20,199 nucleotides of DNA from contig JBGAOA010000022.1 of assembly GCA_044222065.1 (NCBI GenBank), forward strand, positions 36,587 through 56,785. Reading direction: 5' to 3'. Origin of the DNA: Candidatus Eiseniibacteriota bacterium (GTDB lineage: Bacteria; Eisenbacteria; RBG-16-71-46). Positions 16,073-20,199 of this stretch are shown piece by piece. The first letter of the stretch is position 1, and each line of letters opens with the position of its first letter. The notes under the pieces are model-generated. The model ran no database searches, had not been told where the DNA came from, and saw nothing but the letters and a program-made list of their open reading frames with translations. A program made the position numbers and the translations under genes.

Positions 16073-16938
16073 CGCGGCCTCCCGAACGGGTTCGCGCTGC
16101 CGCACCACGGGCACGTCCAGCGCGTGGGCCACGGCGTGCCCGCCGGGTCGACGATCGCGTGCTCGCCGCACTCGCGGCACACGTGCGTGACGCGGCGGCG
16201 GCCCGGCATCGCGGTGGAGCGCGCCGCCTCCCCCGCGAGCTTCCGGCCCGTCTTCACGAACGTGAGCACGAAGTTCGCGTCCGCCGCGAGATCCACGCCC
16301 GTCGCGCGGTGCAGGCCCGCGAGCGCGTCGGTGAACGCGCCCTGGAGCGGCTTCGTGCGCGCGTCGTTCATCCACGAGAAGCCCGCCGGCACGAACGCGT
16401 GCGCCGTCACTTCCATGCCGCGCGAACGGAAGCGCGCGAGCAGGCCGGGCAGGTCGAAGCGCTGCTGGTGCTCGATGCGCTTCTTGAACTTCATGAGGGC
16501 GTACTTCGCGAAGTAGCCGGCGAAGCGATACAGCCGGTCGTCGAACGCCGCCGCGCGCGGCACCGCCAGGTACAGCGTGCCGCCCGGCTTCGTGACGCGC
16601 ACGAGCTCGTCGCAGCACGCCTCCAGCTCGGTGACGTGCTCGAGCACGTAGTGGCACACCGTGAGGTCGAACGTCTCGGCGCGCACCGGCAGCCGCGCGA
16701 GGTCGCCGCGGAAGATCTGCACGCGCTCGGAGCGCTTCGGCGGGCCCGGCGGGAACTTGATGTCGAAGCCCGTGATGCGCAGATCGGTCCGCAGCTCGTA
16801 CGGCCACGAGTTCGGCCCGCAGCCCGCGTCGAGCACGCGGATGCCCTCCGGCGCCGCCGCGATCACCTCGCGCAGGAACACCGGCGGCTCGCCCGGGGCG
16901 AGCTGGGGCTTGTGGACGGAGAGCGGGGTCAATTCCAT
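16069..16938 (-). CDS. Class I SAM-dependent methyltransferase with C-terminal zinc-ribbon, 289 aa
   Basis: Motif I RVLDAGCGP, then GFDI, GDLARLP..ETFDL.VCHYVLEHV and RVTKPGGTLYL. C-terminal CREC-x18-CPWC. Confidence 0.88.
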   Translation of the reverse strand: MELTPLSVHKPQLAPGEPPVFLREVIAAAPEGIRVLDAGCGPNSWPYELRTDLRITGFDIKFPPGPPKRSERVQIFRGDLARLPVRAETFDLTVCHYVLEHVTELEACCDELVRVTKPGGTLYLAVPRAAAFDDRLYRFAGYFAKYALMKFKKRIEHQQRFDLPGLLARFRSRGMEVTAHAFVPAGFSWMNDARTKPLQGAFTDALAGLHRATGVDLAADANFVLTFVKTGRKLAGEAARSTAMPGRRRVTHVCRECGEHAIVDPAGTPWPTRWTCPWCGSANPFGRPR

Positions 16939-17546
16939 CGATTCGGGTATTCCAGGTAGAGGAAGTCGTGATCGGACTTCACCAGCACGGCCTCCTGCGT
17001 CTCCTCGCAGTCGTAGCGGATGCCGATGAACGCCACGACGAGCAGATGCTGTGCGCGCCCCGGAATGGCGTAGTCATGAAGCAGGTACACGTCCGGCCGA
17101 CAGTACGTGACGGCTTCGAACCTCCATCCCGACCGATCGAATCGGCCGTGCACGACGTGGTGCGTGAGCGCGTATCGCGAATTCGGATCGCGCCAGAGCG
17201 TGTCCGTGCGGACACTGTCCACGCGCGCGAGCCTCGGACCGGGCCGCTCGGCGAGGGGCGCCAGGCGACGGCGGAGCGCCGAGATCTCGGAGGGCTCCCC
17301 GCGCCATGCGTCGGCGAACCGGTGAACCAACCGGGTCGGCGCGCCCATCGAGTCCGGATGAACGCTTCGAGAGTAGACGCAGGGTCCGATCCCCGACTCG
17401 TTCAACCCGTGCACCATCCAGTACACGCGCTGCTCGCTCGCGCTCCAGCCCAGGGGCTCGAAGACGTCCGGGCCGCCATGGTAGGCCACGGCGTTCGGAA
17501 CCCACCCGACGAGCAACCCGAGCACGGCACACCACGCGCGTCTCAC
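16929..17546 (-). CDS. Secreted hypothetical protein, paralog of 17543..18199, 205 aa
   Basis: GTG start with GGAGG and GTGA overlap, signal-peptide-like N-terminus (..PNAVA|YHGGP). Fills the operon gap exactly and shares motifs with the neighbouring gene. Confidence 0.75.
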   Translation of the reverse strand: MRRAWCAVLGLLVGWVPNAVAYHGGPDVFEPLGWSASEQRVYWMVHGLNESGIGPCVYSRSVHPDSMGAPTRLVHRFADAWRGEPSEISALRRRLAPLAERPGPRLARVDSVRTDTLWRDPNSRYALTHHVVHGRFDRSGWRFEAVTYCRPDVYLLHDYAIPGRAQHLLVVAFIGIRYDCEETQEAVLVKSDHDFLYLEYPNRWN

Positions 17547-17568
17547 GGCTTCGCCTCCCCGGAGTTCC
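17535..17568 (-). repeat. Degenerate 34-nt direct repeat, copy 2 (junction of the two paralogs)
   Basis: Minus strand GGAACTCCGGGGAGGCGAAGCCGTGAGACGCGCG. Matches 18188-18221 at 27 of 34 positions without gaps (manual alignment). Confidence 0.65.
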
Positions 17569-18199
17569 CGCTCCCCTCGACGCCCGGGAACTCGCGCGTT
17601 CCCGACTCGCCGTCACGTACGAGCATCACGCGCTGGATCTCGTAACCACCTTCGTCCGGATCTCCGATCCACGCCAGCACCCACACGCGCTCGCTGCGGC
17701 CAGGCACGCGCCACGTGCCGGTGCGCACCACGGCACCCCCGCGGAACTCGTCGAGCTCGACGAACAGCCGGTCGTCCCACGTGGCACGCAGGCGATGGCG
17801 AGGCACCGGGCCGCTCCACCACGCGAGCGAATCCTCGCGCACGGTCTCGCACCGGAACGGCAGCACGGTCGCAGGCTCGCTCGGGAGCGGCCGCAGCCGC
17901 GCCCGGAGTGCCGCGAGCTTGCGCAGCCGGACGGAATCCTGCGCCGATCCCTCGCCGCCACCGCGACTCCACTCGACCTCGCGCAGCTGCATGGCGTCCG
18001 TGCTTGCGAGGTCGAAGTACTCGATCGTCCCGAACCCGCCTCCGGCGTCCCACGCGTGCTGGTGCACGTACACCCGCTTCGCGGCCGCGTCCCAGCCGAG
18101 CAGCTCCATCGGCTGCGGGCCGCCGACGGTGGCGTGCGCGGCACCCACGAAGAGACCCGCGGCGAGCACGGCGAGCAGGAAACGGATCGCGTGTTTCAC
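17543..18199 (-). CDS. Secreted hypothetical protein, 218 aa
   Basis: C-terminal part of ORF 17543..19330. GTG start at 18199 with GGAGG and GTGA overlap. Signal peptide MKHAIRFLLAVLAAGLFVGAAHA|TVGGP. Confidence 0.8.
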   Translation of the reverse strand: MKHAIRFLLAVLAAGLFVGAAHATVGGPQPMELLGWDAAAKRVYVHQHAWDAGGGFGTIEYFDLASTDAMQLREVEWSRGGGEGSAQDSVRLRKLAALRARLRPLPSEPATVLPFRCETVREDSLAWWSGPVPRHRLRATWDDRLFVELDEFRGGAVVRTGTWRVPGRSERVWVLAWIGDPDEGGYEIQRVMLVRDGESGTREFPGVEGSGNSGEAKP

Positions 18200-18221
18200 A
18201 GTTTCACCTCCGCGGGGTTCC
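18188..18221 (-). repeat. Degenerate 34-nt direct repeat, copy 1 (GT2 end / first paralog start)
   Basis: Minus strand GGAACCCCGCGGAGGTGAAACTGTGAAACACGCG. Matches 17535-17568 at 27 of 34 positions. Confidence 0.65.
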
Positions 18222-19107
18222 GACCGCTGACGGCATCGAGGAGCGCGCGCGGCACGGCGGCGGCGGCCTTCGCCTGGCCGCGCGCCACCAGCAGCAATGA
18301 CAGCACCACTTGCTGCGCGAGGAAGCACGGGCCCCACGTGAGCGCGGCGAGCCCGTGCGCATGGCGCGCCCACATCGCGGCGTTCGCGCGCAGGCGCTGG
18401 TAGATCTTCCACGGATTGCTGCCGCCGCCCGAACTGGCGCTCACCTCGTGCCACAGCCGGGCGGTGGGCACGAACAGCAGCCGGAAACCGGCGGCCCTCG
18501 CGCGCAGGCACCAGTCGGCGTCCTCGGCGTAGATGAAGTAGCGCTCGTCGAGCAGGCCGACCTTCTCCCAGCACGCGCGGGTGGCGAGCAGGCAGCAGCC
18601 GGTGAGATAGCCGGTGTCCTCGATCGAGCGGTACTGGCCGCGGTCGCGCGTGCGGATGCCGCGATGCGCGCTGAACGCGAGCGCGGGCCGGCACTCGCCG
18701 CCGGCGTACCAGATCACGTCGGTCGGTGCGGCGTGGTAGATGAGCGGCGCCGCGGCGCCGGCGCCCGGCTCCTGCTCCAGCGCCAGCAGCAGTCGCTCGA
18801 GCAGGCCGGGGTCGGCCTGCACGTCGTTGTTGACGAGCATCACCGCGTCGGCGCCCTGCTCCAGCGCGCGAACGAGCCCCACGTTGTTGCCGCCGGCGAA
18901 GCGGCGGTTCTCGGGCAGCGCGATCAGCTCCACCCACGGGTAGTCGGCGGTGATCGCGGCGGGCGTGCCGTCGCTGCTCGCGTTGTCCACCACGAGCACG
19001 CGCACGCTCCAGCCGTCGGGACGCCGGCAGCGCGCGAGCGAGTCGAGCGTGGCGCGCGTGAGCGCGAGCCCGTTCCACGCCAGCACGATCACGGCGACGC
19101 TCTTCAC
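18196..19107 (-). CDS. Glycosyltransferase family 2 (WbbL/rhamnosyltransferase-like subgroup), 303 aa
   Basis: GTG start at 19107 (GTGA overlap): MKSVAVIVLAWNG. Motifs VVDNASSDGT, ENRRFAGGNNVGL, LVNND, TGCCLL, VGLLDERYFIYAEDADWCLRA, LWHEVSAS. Confidence 0.92.
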   Translation of the reverse strand: MKSVAVIVLAWNGLALTRATLDSLARCRRPDGWSVRVLVVDNASSDGTPAAITADYPWVELIALPENRRFAGGNNVGLVRALEQGADAVMLVNNDVQADPGLLERLLLALEQEPGAGAAAPLIYHAAPTDVIWYAGGECRPALAFSAHRGIRTRDRGQYRSIEDTGYLTGCCLLATRACWEKVGLLDERYFIYAEDADWCLRARAAGFRLLFVPTARLWHEVSASSGGGSNPWKIYQRLRANAAMWARHAHGLAALTWGPCFLAQQVVLSLLLVARGQAKAAAAVPRALLDAVSGRNPAEVKL

Positions 19108-20199
19108 GGCGCCTCCGCGGTGGCCGCGCGCCACGCGCGCCAGCCGGCCCACCACGCGCCGGCCTTGAGCGCGAGCGCCGCCGCGAACAGCGGCACGAAC
19201 GGCAGCCCCGTGTACCACGCGTACAGCCACCAGAAGTCGAGCGCGTGCAGCAGCGTCTGCTGCTCGCCGGGCGTGATGCCGAGCCGCGGATCGACCACGC
19301 CCGACTGGCCGAGCTTCGGCGCGGCGCCACCCAGGTGCTCGCCGGTGTTGCGCAGCACCATGCGCCAGTGCCCGGCGATCGGCGAGTAGCGCGGGTTGAA
19401 GTGGCTGGCCTCCATGAAGTGCGGATCGTCGAGCGCGCGCGTGTAGGGGTAGTCGCCCGACTCGCGCATCTGCGCGCCGAAGTACACGGCCACGCCCGCC
19501 ACGGTCACGAACACGCCGAGCGCGCCGAGCGCCCACGCCACGCGCTTGCGCGCGCGGCTCGCACCGTCCAGCGCGACGCCCACCGCGACGAACGCCAGCG
19601 GCAGCAGCGGCACCAGGTAGCGCGGCCCCCACGAGCCGTCACCGGCCCAGTGCTGGAAGCGCCCGAACTGCAGCAGCGCCACGCCCCACGCGGCGCACGC
19701 GGCCCACGCGGCGCGGCGCACGTCGTCGCCGCGACGCGCCGCCGCCGAATGCTGGCGCGACGCCACCATGGCCGCGATGCCCCACGGCGCCAGCGCCACG
19801 GCGGGCGCGAACCACAGCACGCCCTTGCCCGACGACACGAGCAGCCCGTACAGGCCCACGAGCAGCGGCGTGCTGAACGCCGCGGGCGACGCCTGCGCGC
19901 CGTAGCCCGTCTCGAGCGGCGTGCCGAATCGCGCGGCGTTGTACGCGGCGTGCCCCGCCACGGCCAGCGCCATGCCCGCCACGGGCAGCAGCCACGCGCG
20001 CGGGCGGCGCCAGCCGGCGGCGGCCAGGCAGGCGAGCGCGAGCGGCGCCATCGCGAGCTTGGCCGAGATCGCGAGGAACGCCCCGAGCGCGGCGGTCCAT
20101 TCGCCGCGCCGCGCGCCCGAGGGCGAAGCGTCGGCGCCGGCGCGCGCGGCGCCCGCGAGCGCCAGCAGCAGCCCGAGCGATTCCAAAGGCTCGGCCATG
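19104..20199 (-). CDS. Polytopic membrane protein, probable GT-C (ArnT/PMT-like) glycosyltransferase, 5' end probably outside the window
   Basis: Hydrophobic helices with YNAARFGTPLETGYG, GLYGLLVSSGKGVLWFAP and WAGDGSWGPRYLVPLLP motifs seen in lipid-carrier-dependent glycosyltransferase-like proteins. The frame is open to the window edge. Confidence 0.65.
   Translation of the reverse strand, partial: MAEPLESLGLLLALAGAARAGADASPSGARRGEWTAALGAFLAISAKLAMAPLALACLAAAGWRRPRAWLLPVAGMALAVAGHAAYNAARFGTPLETGYGAQASPAAFSTPLLVGLYGLLVSSGKGVLWFAPAVALAPWGIAAMVASRQHSAAARRGDDVRRAAWAACAAWGVALLQFGRFQHWAGDGSWGPRYLVPLLPLAFVAVGVALDGASRARKRVAWALGALGVFVTVAGVAVYFGAQMRESGDYPYTRALDDPHFMEASHFNPRYSPIAGHWRMVLRNTGEHLGGAAPKLGQSGVVDPRLGITPGEQQTLLHALDFWWLYAWYTGLPFVPLFAAALALKAGAWWAGWRAWRAATAEAP

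Noticed and set aside
16929..18221. Integron cassette array or CRISPR-like repeats around the paralogs
   Set aside because: Only two degenerate repeat copies, no attC core sites or intergenic space, and no integrase or cas genes in the window.
157..19389. Many long plus-strand ORFs (e.g. 10754..13567, 7906..10344, 4903..6999)
   Set aside because: Arg/Ala/Gly-rich antisense shadows of well-supported minus-strand genes, with no motifs. Expected when stop codons are rare at very high GC.

Overview
Very GC-rich bacterial DNA holding one uninterrupted minus-strand gene cluster for cell-surface glycan synthesis. It has 15 CDSs, two of them cut by the window edges, and most are joined by 4-nt GTGA stop/start overlaps. 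In transcription order (right to left): GT-C-type membrane protein (partial), GT2, two tandem paralogous secreted proteins of unknown function, SAM methyltransferase with a C-terminal Zn ribbon, GT4, Wzx-type flippase, AsnB-type amidotransferase, GT4, YfhO-family GT-C protein, polyprenol-phosphate-mannose synthase, a secreted beta-propeller protein with a T9SS-CTD/FlgD-Ig-like tail (PorZ-like), FemAB-like GNAT, a GT4 broken by about seven compensating frameshifts (probably read errors), GT4, and an AftB-like GT-C protein (partial, missing from the ORF track). The main hypothesis is a glycolipid anchor pathway for secreted CTD-bearing proteins, analogous to A-LPS/PorZ, in a high-GC non-Bacteroidota organism (possibly FCB-group such as Ca. 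Eisenbacteria; taxonomy is inference only). I found no RNA genes, mobile elements or CRISPR arrays. All family assignments come from recognising motifs by eye, not from database searches.
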